Below the pieces are notes generated by a model. That model did not search any database, was not told the origin of the DNA, and saw only the letters and a list, made by a program, of their open reading frames with translations. A DNA stretch of 63,780 nt, counting the filler, from Chiloscyllium plagiosum (taxonomy: Eukaryota): the NCBI RefSeq assembly GCF_004010195.1. It is 4 parts of one record of this genome, joined end to end, with 100 filler letters (N's around TTAATTAATTAA, not from the genome) between each part and the next. Parts side by side here need not be neighbours in the genome. Positions count along the whole stretch, not along the records: positions 42,092 to 60,531 come from NC_057711.1; 3 more parts are not named here. One strand, 5' to 3'. Shown one piece after another: positions 50,101 through 57,034 of the stretch. Positions within the stretch are counted from its first letter, which is position 1. Every line of letters starts with the position of its first letter. A program made the translations under genes and the position numbers.

Positions 50101-52670
50101 GCCTAGGTGATTAAGAAGGTATATGACATGCTTGTCTTCATCAGCCAGGGCATGGAGTATAAGAGTTGGCAAACTATGTTGCAGATATAGCTAAACAAGG
50201 TCAGATTGCTACCATTACAACTGTCTTTACCCATATGCAGAATTAGTTGAGAGACTTCTGAAGAAGGGTCACTGGCCTCAAAGCATTAGCTTTGCTTTCT
50301 CTCCACAGATGCTGCCAGACCTGCTAATTTCTCCAGCAATTTCTGTTTTTGTTTCAGATTTCCAGCATCTGTGGTTCTTTGAGTTTTCTGTTCAGGCAGT
50401 GGAACTGTTGCTTAAATATATCTGCAACATAGGCCACATTTGGGATATATGTGTGCTGTTCTGGTTGGTACATTACCAGAAAGGCATGAAAGCTTTGGTG
50501 AGAGTGCAGAGAGGTTCGTCAGGATATTGTCTGGTCTCGAGGGCATTGGCTATGAAGAAAAGTTAAAATGACTAGGATTGTTTTCACTGGGAAGACAGCG
50601 GCTGAGAGAAGACCTGATAGTGGTCTACAAAATTATGAGAGCCCTAGATAGTCCGAGGCTTTTTCCCAGGGTGAAAGTTTCAATTACAAGAGGGCACAAA
50701 TTCAAGGGGAGAGGATCAGGCAACATCCGAGGACCAGGAGAGTAGACATTTTGGGCATGAGCCTTTCATTAGGAATGAGGCTTGTGGGCTAAGGGGGCTG
50801 AGAGATAATTGGGAAGGGGGCTGGGAATGCGATAGTTAGATGGAGTTGGGGGTGAAAGTGATAGGTCAGGGAGGAGGGTGGAGAGGATAAGTGAGAAGGA
50901 AGATGGACAGGTAGGACAGGTCAAGAGTGTGGTGTTGAGTTGGAGGGTTGGGATGGCCTCCTTCTTCAAAGACCGCAATTTCCCCTGCCACCTGGTCAAT
51001 GATGCCCTCCAGCGCATCTCCTCCACTTCCCGCACCTCTGCCCTTGAACCCCACCTCTCCAATTGCAACAAGGACAGAACCCCCCCCCCCTTTCCACCAC
51101 CTCCCCACCCCCGCTAAGTCATAGAGATGTATAGCATGGAAACAGACCCTTAGGTTCAACTTGTCCATGCCAGCCAGATATCCCAACCCAACCTAGTCCC
51201 ATCTGCTGGCACCCAGCCCATATCCCTCGAAACCCTTCCTATTCATATGCCCATCCAGATATCTTTTAAATGCTGTAATTGTACCAGCCTCCACCACTTC
51301 CTCTGGCAGCTCATTCCATACACATCCCACCCTCTGTGTGAAAAGGTTGCCCCATAGGTCCATTTTCTATCTTTCCCCTCTCACCCTAAACCTATGCCCT
51401 CTAGTTGTGGACTCCTCCACCCTAGGGAAAAGACCTTATCTATTTATGCTCCTCTTGACTTTATAAATCTCTGTAAGGTCAGCCCTCAGCCTCCAATGTT
51501 CAGATTGTTGGTGATATTTACTCCTAGAAACGTGAAGCTCTCAACCACTTCCACCTCAGCACCAATGATACAGGCAGGATGAGTCCTCCACTCTGCTTCC
51601 TGAATTCAATGGTCACTTCCTTCGTTTACTGACATTGACTTTAGTCTGAGCTTGTCTTATTTGTTTAATCTTTCGGGGAGTGGGCTTCATTGGCTTAGCA
51701 AGCATTTATTACCCTTCCCTAGTTAAAACAGACACACTTCAACCCATTACACTGACTGTACCTTTGCCCTATCAACAGTGTATCCCTCCTCACAGACTCT
51801 CTGCATACTGTGTCTGCCTGTTCATCAGCTACCCCATCCTCTGATCCATAGCTCTGGTTCCCAGCCCCCACAAAACTAGTTTAAACCTTCCCAAAGAACT
51901 CTAGCAAATCTTCTGCCCAGGATATTGGTGCTCCTCCAGTTCAGGTGCAACCCGTCATTTTCATACAGGTCCCACCTTCCCAAGAAGGTATCCCAATGAT
52001 CCACATATCTGAAGTCCTCCCTCCTACACCAACCCTGCAGCCACGTGTTCATCTCGGTCTCTGTTCCGAGCTTCACTAGCCTCACCTATGTTCTGCCCAC
52101 AAAAATGACTGTGTTCCAGCTGCCTGCCACTTTAACACCCCACCCTGTTCCCTGACTATCATCTGTCTCAGGCTGCGGCAGTGCTCCAGTGAAGCTCAAC
52201 ACAAGCTGGAAACACACCACTTCATTTTCTTCTTGGGGACTCTGTGGCTTTCAGGACAGAACATCAAGTTCAATAATTTTCGGACCTGAACCATTCCTTC
52301 CATGTCTTTCCCCCAAACCTTGAACTTTTCTCTGCATTGAAACCTTCCCCCCCATTCCCCACCTTCAGAATGTACACCAACGTTTTCTGAGCTGTTATCT
52401 GTTCTGAAGAAGGGTCACTGGACCTATAACTTGAATTCTGTTTTTCTCTCCACAGATGATGCCAGACCTGTTGAATTTCTCCAGCAATTTCTGTTTTAGT
52501 TTTAATCATCTCTTCTTCCACCTTATAAATGGAATTAATATATTTCTTACCTCAAGGCATGCCTGCAAATCCCCAGCGCAATATATTACTGACTCTTGCA
52601 TTGCGACATACCCATCAATTGAAATACAATAAACTTGGTTGCACGCATCAATGTTACGTATCTCGTTTAC
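8505..52670 (-). CDS. 3' part (last four coding exons) of a VWF/otogelin/gel-forming-mucin-family gene encoding a C-terminal VWC domain plus cystine knot (CTCK); 5' exons not identified and probably lie beyond the window
   Basis: Exons 52670-52551, 47327-47276, 29820-29747 and 8729-8505 have AG/GT boundaries with matching phases (0,1,0). They splice into [156 protein letters not shown]. Cysteine spacing follows the VWC-CTCK tail of VWF/OTOG/MUC proteins. The paralogue cannot be named from this fragment. Confidence 0.88.
9055..9445 (+). mobile_element. CR1 LINE 3' end with (tatggtc)n tail
   Basis: ORF 9080..9325 RGDLIETY...TRGHSCKL; gggccgaagggcctgtactg 3' UTR. Confidence 0.85.
9705..9972 (+). 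mobile_element. Penelope-like element 3' fragment (end of GIY-YIG region plus pLTR)
   Basis: Encodes ...[23 protein letters not shown], homologous to the C-terminus of PLE ORF 16582..17238; contains a hammerhead. Confidence 0.8.
9898..9939 (+). ncRNA. Minimal type I hammerhead ribozyme (PLE type), intact core
   Basis: tgca-CTGAGGA-tGTCaCC-tagaca-GGgGAC-GAAA-CG-TC-tgca: stem I, CUGANGA, stem II, GAAA, palindromic ACGT stem III, GUC cleavage triplet. Confidence 0.8.
10215..11345 (+). mobile_element. CR1 5'UTR and decayed ORF1 (zinc finger plus SGNH esterase)
   Basis: GDSVVRG motif, [21 protein letters not shown]. Confidence 0.8.
11356..11676 (+). mobile_element. HE1-type tRNA-derived V-SINE
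   Basis: A box tggcttagtgg, B box gggttcaattac, V-core gtgtggagtttgcacattctccccgtgtctgcgtgggtttcc, (aatct)n tail. Confidence 0.88.
12190..13125 (+). mobile_element. Decayed CR1 RT 3' region
   Basis: KFADD remnant, [24 protein letters not shown]. Confidence 0.85.
13127..13840. mobile_element. Penelope-like element 3' region with internal inversion and pLTR hammerhead
   Basis: 13127-13255 is an inverted homologue of 13320-13400; GIY-YIG C-terminal remnant; CTGATGA (13713)...GAAA (13733); ctccagcacctgcaatcctcact terminus. Confidence 0.75.
13855..13964. mobile_element. Short foldback of the second PLE pLTR family
   Basis: tggagatgccagtgttggactgggg terminus as at 505; flanked by atgttaaa(t/c)g repeats at 13845-13854 and 13965-13974. 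Confidence 0.6.
14040..15425 (+). mobile_element. Decayed CR1 ORF2 endonuclease/linker region (appears to resume at ~20130-20850)
   Basis: MGDFNLHVD and LDLLLGNE motifs of APE endonuclease. Confidence 0.85.
15286..15389. mobile_element. Short Penelope-derived insertion with 11-bp TSD
   Basis: ggagaaagtgaggactgcagatgct terminus; TSD agta(t/a)tagaca at 15275-15285 and 15390-15400. Confidence 0.75.
15428..16140 (+). mobile_element. CR1 RT 3' region
   Basis: ORFs 15529..15906 and 15882..16103 ([30 protein letters not shown]). Confidence 0.9.
16492..17238 (-). mobile_element. Penelope-like retroelement 3' part: GIY-YIG endonuclease ORF plus pLTR with degenerate hammerhead
   Basis: 218-aa ORF with [29 protein letters not shown]; ccaCTGAAAAtgttac...gtaacAAAAcgtctgg downstream. 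Confidence 0.9.
17249..17543 (+). mobile_element. HE1-type V-SINE
   Basis: tRNA-derived head, V-core, aatct tail. Confidence 0.88.
18535..19692 (+). mobile_element. CR1 ORF1 esterase end plus ORF2 endonuclease
   Basis: [34 protein letters not shown]. Confidence 0.9.
20130..22065 (+). mobile_element. Composite CR1 fragments (RT), with a SINE at 21172-21481
   Basis: [38 protein letters not shown]...[10 protein letters not shown]; ctctatgactc tail. Confidence 0.88.
21172..21481 (+). mobile_element. HE1-type V-SINE inserted in a CR1 RT
   Basis: gggcggcacggtggcacagtggttagc head; CR1 sequence is continuous on both sides. Confidence 0.9.
22335..23270 (+). mobile_element. Decayed Penelope-like element RT and start of GIY-YIG region
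   Basis: [66 protein letters not shown]. Confidence 0.88.
23144..23191. repeat. Poly-C tract (31 uninterrupted C plus further runs)
   Basis: C run 23144-23174, then gcccccacccccccccc. Confidence 0.85.
23270..24140 (+). mobile_element. CR1 ORF1 and 3' tail on either side of an assembly gap
   Basis: CRKC...[25 protein letters not shown]; after the gap a 3' UTR with (tatgttc)n tail. Confidence 0.8.
23834..23933. other. Assembly gap: 44 N, TTAATTAATTAA linker, 44 N
   Basis: Directly visible; same 100-nt construct at 41992-42091 and 60532-60631. Confidence 0.97.
24605..24890 (+). mobile_element. V-SINE (HE1-related, older subfamily)
   Basis: gtggcttagtggttagcactgctgcc head, ggttcgattcc B box, partial V-core. 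Confidence 0.8.
25995..26390 (+). mobile_element. Old CR1 3' fragment
   Basis: gaaatttcttcactcag...gtgaatatttgc (FFTQ..VN) region. Confidence 0.6.
26395..29442 (-). mobile_element. Decayed CR1 ORF2, endonuclease through RT to 3' tail
   Basis: ORFs 28893..29339 ([23 protein letters not shown]), 27630..27854, 27135..27488, 26688..27038. Confidence 0.92.
27877..28068. mobile_element. Short Penelope-derived foldback element with 18-bp TSD
   Basis: TSD gctaaaacctcatctttg at 27859-27876 and 28069-28086; central CTGAAGA-AGGGC-TTAT-GCCC-AAAA. Confidence 0.88.
29747..29820 (-). CDS. Penultimate exon (74 nt, phase 1-0), start of CTCK domain
   Basis: Minus strand ...tttttcccag|TTTCCAAC...TCTGGACAG|gtaatg; (I)[24 protein letters not shown]. 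Confidence 0.88.
30578..30922 (-). mobile_element. V-SINE (HE1-related)
   Basis: Reverse complement reads gtggcacagtggctcaatggttagcactgctgcctcacag..., with V-core. Confidence 0.82.
31099..31274. mobile_element. Short Penelope-derived foldback element with 15-bp TSD
   Basis: TSD ctttcaaggttcagt at 31084-31098 and 31275-31289; inverted arms. Confidence 0.85.
36050..36278 (+). mobile_element. Penelope pLTR fragment inside the L1
   Basis: Homologous to the reverse complement of the PLE 3' part at 16530-16870 (HFDWDNTSI, tataaatagaaagcag). Confidence 0.8.
36206..36245 (+). ncRNA. Minimal type I hammerhead ribozyme, core intact
   Basis: cca-CTGATGA-tGTTACC-tagcca-GGTAAT-GAAA-CA-TC-tgg. Confidence 0.72.
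37884..38161 (+). mobile_element. HE1-type V-SINE inserted in CR1
   Basis: tRNA head, V-core, aatct tail; short taaac duplication at the flanks. Confidence 0.85.
39875..40037. mobile_element. Short Penelope-derived foldback with 14-bp TSD and back-to-back hammerheads
   Basis: TSD gacctatagtacaa at 39861-39874 and 40038-40051; axis GAATTC at 39905-39910; minus strand CTGAAGA-AGGGC-TTAT-GCCC-GAAA-CGTC, plus-strand copy has CTGAAGG. Confidence 0.88.
41992..42091. other. Assembly gap with TTAATTAATTAA linker
   Basis: Directly visible. Confidence 0.97.
42109..43191 (+). CDS. CR1 ORF2 reverse transcriptase, C-terminal 360 aa (5' part lost in gap)
   Basis: [52 protein letters not shown]. Confidence 0.88.
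   Translation: MDVVYMDFSKAFDKVPHGRLMRKVRRHGIEGNLANWIENWLTGRSRRVVVDGKYSAWSPVTSGVPQGSVLGPLLFVIFINDLDEGVEGWVSKFGDDTKIGGVVDSEEGCCWLQRDLDMMQSWAEEWQMDFNPAKCEVVHFGRTNKNAEYRVNGRVLGQVEEQRDLGVYVHRSLKVATQVDRVCKKAYGVLSFISRGIEFKSREVMLQLYRTLVRPHLEYCVQFWSPHFRKDVEALEKLQRRFTRMLPGMENRSYEDRLRVRGLFSLEGRRMRGDLIEVYKMIRGIDRVDSQSLFPRVQQSVTRGHKFKVKGGRYRGDVRGRFFTQRVVGAWNVLPVGVAESESLVAFKRQLDRYMDGCLS
44176..44875 (-). mobile_element. Rex1/Babar-type LINE 3' end with (ATTCA)n tail
   Basis: [10 protein letters not shown]...[10 protein letters not shown]...[20 protein letters not shown]; tgaat repeats at 44176-44197. Confidence 0.8.
44985..45240 (-). mobile_element. CR1 RT fragment
   Basis: GNYRLVSLT...[19 protein letters not shown]. 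Confidence 0.8.
45341..45375 (+). ncRNA. Minimal type I hammerhead ribozyme, intact
   Basis: cac-CTGATGA-a-GGAGC-gtc-GCTCC-GAAA-GC-TA-gtg; perfect stem II, palindromic AGCT stem III, CUA triplet. Confidence 0.8.
45728..45762 (+). ncRNA. Minimal type I hammerhead ribozyme, second tandem copy
   Basis: cac-CTGATGA-a-GGAG-cagca-CTCT-GAAA-GC-TA-gtg. Confidence 0.72.
46929..47095. mobile_element. Older Penelope-derived foldback with 9-bp TSD
   Basis: aggactgcagatgctgga terminus; arms 46975-47015 and 47055-47098; TSD attaacata at 46920-46928 and 47096-47104. Confidence 0.7.
47276..47327 (-). CDS. Internal exon (52 nt, phase 0-1), end of VWC domain (CCxxC)
   Basis: Minus strand ...gttttccctatcag|GCTGGAGGT...TGTGCAA|gtaagc; [17 protein letters not shown]. 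Confidence 0.88.
47631..47862 (-). mobile_element. Rex1/Babar-type LINE 3' fragment
   Basis: (tgat)n tail then ttattgtc; gtgttcaggcttctgtatcttctgcc as at 44408. Confidence 0.6.
47982..49200 (+). mobile_element. Decayed CR1 RT to 3' tail
   Basis: [41 protein letters not shown]. Confidence 0.9.
49322..50418. repeat. 229-bp inverted repeat (49322-49550 and 50190-50418), one mismatch
   Basis: Base-by-base reverse-complement match, including sequence outside the PLE fragment it contains. Confidence 0.93.
49885..50712 (+). mobile_element. Decayed CR1 RT fragment carrying the templated insertion
   Basis: [20 protein letters not shown]; resumes with aggccacatttggg after 50431. Confidence 0.8.
50713..51112. 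mobile_element. Penelope-like fragment with internal inversion
   Basis: 50713-50950 is an antisense pLTR like 63500-63780; 50953-51085 is sense coding remnant [11 protein letters not shown]. Confidence 0.72.
51117..52085 (-). mobile_element. CR1 fragments (3' end 51117-51500; ORF1/ORF2 junction 51725-52085)
   Basis: 3' UTR like 3262-3500; [11 protein letters not shown]...DGLHLNW. Confidence 0.8.
52095..52500 (+). mobile_element. Old Penelope 3' fragment with pLTR
   Basis: PAACHFN...[14 protein letters not shown] remnant; ctgaagaagggtcactggacc; cagatgatgccagacc. Confidence 0.7.
52551..52670 (-). CDS. Internal exon (120 nt, phase 0-0), VWC domain
   Basis: Minus strand ...ttgttatttcag|GTAAACGAG...TGCCTTGAG|gtaaga; open frame [40 protein letters not shown]. 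Confidence 0.87.
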
Positions 52671-53101
52671 CTGAAATAACAAGATAGAGCTCTCAGCTTA
52701 GATTAAACTTGTAAACTGTTATTTTGTGGCAATGTTTCATTTCTCAATGAAGGGAAAAATCCAAAGGAATGCAACGTTTTTCAATATTCTGATCAAGGTA
52801 GAATGGATTAGTTATTGTGTAAAGAACCTTCTATACTGTTCCATTAACACTTCTCAAACACAGCTACGTATTTTTTCAGAGTAAAGCTTCCTTTGCCTGT
52901 AGCAATAATTTGCCTCTGACCCAGCATTAAAGACACACTTCTTACTACATCAGTGTGGTAGAAACTCTCAAACTGATACCAAATTGAGTCAGTTTTAAGA
53001 TCTGCATTCATGCCAATCAGAAACTGAATTAGTAATGTCACAAGCAGTCTTACTGGTCTAATCAAATGTTACTTACTGTACTTAATTCACAATTTAGTTA
53101 C

Positions 53102-53157
53102 TTTAAAGTATTTACATTGGTGCTGCTCAAAAGTATCATGATCTCCACAAAGCAGAG
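53102..53157 (-). CDS. Candidate upstream micro-exon (56 nt, phase 1-0) of the same gene
   Basis: ctgctgttttcag|CTCTGCTTTGT...TACTTTAAA|gtaact; reads xLLCGDHDTFEQHQCKYFK and is phase-compatible with the 52670 exon, but the donor is weak. Confidence 0.3.
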
Positions 53158-53239
53158 CTGAAAACAGCAGGGTCATTAATAGCATAATCATCTGAAAGCT
53201 TCCTACCAAGTCACATATCATCCTGACTTGGAACCATAT

Positions 53240-53910
53240 TTTTTAATTTATTCATGGATATGGGTGTCACTGGCTAGCCAGCATATATTACCCGCCCCTA
53301 GTTGCCCTTGAGAAGGTGGGGGTGAGCTGTCTTCTTGAACCACTGCAGTCCATGTGCTGTAGGTAGCCCCACAATACCCTTAGGGAGGAAATTCCAGGAT
53401 TCTGACCCAGCGACACTGAAGAAACGGTGATATATTTCCAAGTCAGGATGGAGAGTGGCTCGGAGAGGAACTTGCAGGGGGTGATGTTTTCATGTACCTG
53501 CTGCTCTTGTCCTTTTAGATGGAAGTGGCCATGGGTTTGGAAGCTGCTGTCTGAGGATTTTTGGTAGATTTCTGTCATGCACCTTGTAAATAATACACAT
53601 TGATACCACCATGCATTGGTGGTGAAGGCAGTAAATATTGGAAAAGGTTATGGTGGTGGTAATCAAGCAGGCCTGTTGATATCAAGTTTCTTGTATATTG
53701 CTGGAGCTGCAGCCATGCAGGCAAGTGATGAATATTCTATCACCCTCCTACATTGTGTCTTATAGATAGTAGACAGGCTTCAGGAAGTTAGGAAATGAGT
53801 TACTCACGGCAGAGTTCCTAGTTTCTGACCTGCTGTTGTAGCCACATCATTGAAATGGCTAGCCAAATCAGTTTCTGGATAATGCTAACCCCAGGATGTT
53901 GGTAACTATG
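53240..53910 (-). mobile_element. LINE 3' portion (same family as 6460-6785)
   Basis: 3' end homologous to 6460-6785; upstream part homologous to 58760-59080. Confidence 0.72.
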
Positions 53911-54409
53911 AGCTTTGCATGGTCAGGAAGGAGAGATCACATCTATAGTGAATCACAGCCAAATGAAGATATAGTTCAGGGATTTTGGGGCAGTGTGGGA
54001 ATTTGCTGTAGAGTGGAAGAGGTGCTTTTTGCTTGTTTTTTGGCTCCTAGCTTGTAAGTCTTTTAGAAAGATAAGTCAGAACTAAAGAACATAGGCAAAA
54101 TACAACACTAAGAAAACATCACACAACAATGAACATTTATTGGTTGGTGATTGCTGCACATTTTGTATCCACTATTGAGAACGGGGCATTGCTGGTTGGC
54201 CAGCATTTTTATTGCCCATCCCTAGCTGCCCTTGAACGAATGTGTTGCGAGGCCATTTCAGAGGGCAGTTAAGATTCAACCACATTGTTGTGAGTCTGGA
54301 GTCACATTTAAGCCAAAGCAGGTGAGGATGCCAGATTTCCATCCTTCAAGGACATGAGTGAACTGGACAGGTCTTTCCGATAATTGGCAATTTTTTATTT
54401 ATTCAATGA

Positions 54410-56610
54410 GATTACTACTCTGCTCGTCCTGTTTTTTAGCTTCCAACCTAACTCTCTGAAATCACTTTTTAGATCATCCCTTTTCCTAGCTATGTCATTG
54501 ATGCCAATGTGCACCACGACCTCTGGCTGCTTCCCCTCCCCCTTCAGAATCTTATCGACTCAATGTGAGACATCGCAGACCCTGGCACCCAGGAGGCATC
54601 ATACCATCTGGGAGCCTCATTCTCATCCACAGGATTACCTGTCTGTTCCTCTAACCATTGAATCCCCTATCACTATCACACTCCTATTCTCCCCCCTTCC
54701 TTCGGAGCTACAGAGTCAGACTCAGTGCCAGAGATCTGGCTGTGTGGCTTTCCCCTGGCAGGTGTCCCACCACCCACCCACCACCTTCCCAACAGTATCC
54801 AAAACAGTATACTTACTATTGAGGGAAACAGCTCCAGGGGCTCCCTGCACTGTCTGCCTGTTCCCTTTCCGTCCCCTGACTGTTACCCATCTACATTTTC
54901 CTGTACCTGAGGTGAGACTACATCCCTGTTATTGGGTGGGAAATAGTCAGTGGAGATACAGGATTTTTTTTCAGGTTGGCAACCTGTGACCAATTGTGTT
55001 CCACAAAGATCTGCAACTGTTTACAATACACATAAATGAGTTGGGGGGAGAAAATGAATGTACTGTTGTGAAATTTGCAGATTACACGAAAATAGATGGG
55101 AAGGCAAATTGTGAGAGGGATACAAATAGTTTACAGAGAGGTATTGTTAACTTAAGTCATTGGACAAAAAGTTGGCAAATGCAGTATAATGTAGGAAAAT
55201 GTGAAGTTGTTTGTTTTTGAAGCAGATGCAGCAGGTAATCAGGAAGGCTAATGGAACGTTGGCTTTTACTTCAGGGGGGTTGGAATATACCTGCAGCAAC
55301 TGTATAAGGTGCTAGTGAGACTATGTCTGGAGTACTATAAGCAGTTTTGGTCCCTTATTTGAGGAAGGATATTATTTCATTGGAGACAGTTCAGCAAATG
55401 TTCATTCAGATGATCCTTGGTATGGGTGGTCTTTCGATCAAAAGATTGGGTTTCTATGCATTGGAGTCTCATGAGTGATCTCACTGAGACAAGGCACTTG
55501 ACAGGGTAAATACTGAGAGCGATGTGATCAGGGTAAATAGGTGGTCACACTGTGATCTCTTTGAAGCACAGATTGCATGATTGCTTTGCAGAATACCTAT
55601 ATTCTGTCTGCAAAAATGACCCTGAGCTTCTGGTGATCTGCTATTTCAACACACCTTCGTATTTCCTGACCAATATTTCTATCTTAGGCTTGCTAGAGTG
55701 CTGTAATGGAACTCAGAATAAGTTTGAGAAACAATGCCTCATTTTCTGCTTGGGAACCCTGCAAACATCATGACTCAATATTGAGTTCAATAATGTACAG
55801 GCTTGAGTACCTTCTCCTATATCCTTACCTGAATCCAACACCCCAGACCATATCATCACATGGGATTGCACCATAAACAGGAGAAAGTGAGGACTGCAGA
55901 TGCTGGAGATCAGAGCTGAAAATGTGTTGCTGGAAAAGCGCAGCAGGTCAGGCAGCATCCAAGGAGCAGGAGAATCGACGTTTCTGGCATGTGCCTGAAA
56001 GGTCGATTCTCCTGCTCCTTGGATGCTGCCTGACCTGTTGCGCTTTTCCGGCAACATATTTTCAGCTTGCATCATAAACAACCCATTATCAGTCACTAAG
56101 AGTCTCCATTAGCAACTGCTGATTCCCCAAGGTTGACATTTACCCATTCTTTTGTCTGCCCAACTGTTTTTCTCTTTTTCTGGGCTCTACCTCCACCGAT
56201 CATTTTCTCCTTGCCCCCTCCCACCCCATCTTTAGTATACTGAGTTTTTCCAACTATTTCTGCTACTGAGAAGATCATTTCCCTCATGGGAGATTGTAGG
56301 GCCAGAGGGCACGGCCTCACAATTAAGGGGTGCCAATTTCAGACTGAGGTGAGGAGGAATTTCTTCTCTCAGAGGATTGAGAGTCTTTGGAACTTCTTGT
56401 CACAGAGAACTGTGGAGGCCGAGTCCTTGTGTGTGTGTATATATAAAATATATATATGCATACAGGTTGTCGATCAGTCAGGAATCAAGGATTAAGGAGT
56501 TAGGGCAGAAAATGGATGAGAGGAATGTCAGCTCAGCCATGATCCTATTGAATATGGAGCAGGCTCAAGGGGCTGTTGTTCCTATTTCCTATAGTCTCAT
56601 GGTCTTATAA
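54410..56610. mobile_element. Mosaic of CR1 ORF1 (minus, 54410-54920), CR1 RT (plus, 54925-55520 and 56275-56610) and Penelope 3' fragment (plus, 55545-56272)
   Basis: GDS/GTND-like remnants; [30 protein letters not shown]...CLIFCLGTLQ. Confidence 0.75.
55880..56066. mobile_element. Short Penelope-derived foldback with 14-bp TSD
   Basis: Palindrome ~55914-56067; TSD ttgca(c/t)cataaaca at 55866-55879 and 56067-56080. Confidence 0.85.
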
Positions 56611-57034
56611 TGGGGAATTCAGCAGTGATTATGCCAGTGATTATCAAAGAATGATGGTCAGATTCTCTCTAGTTGGAGATGGTCATTGCCCAGTACTTGT
56701 GTGGCAAAAATGCTATTAAACACTTAATAACTGAGAAAGTAGGTTCAGGGGGAGATTGCTCATCCCTTTAAGCTGACGACACCTTCAAGATGACCAGGGC
56801 TGATCCTGTATCTCAATGTCAGATTCCTGCTTTCTCTCTACACTCCTTGATGTTTTGAAAACCTAAAACATTATCTACCTCTTTCTTGAATGCAGCCTCC
56901 ACAGCCTTCTGTTATTGTGAATTCTTCAGGTTGATTGCCTTGTGAGTGATGAAGTGTTTCCTTATCTCAATCTTAAATGGCCTACATTTGTCAGCAAAAC
57001 CTGATTCTTTTCCAGGTAATTGTCAGTGAACCTC

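Noticed and set aside
52827..52864. Minus-strand LCLRSVNGTV segment resembling a mucin VWC start
   Set aside because: In-frame TAG, no polypyrimidine tract and a poor donor.
54384..54989. 201-aa plus-strand ORF
   Set aside because: Antisense reading of a CR1 ORF1 remnant; similar shadow ORFs occur opposite other CR1 copies.
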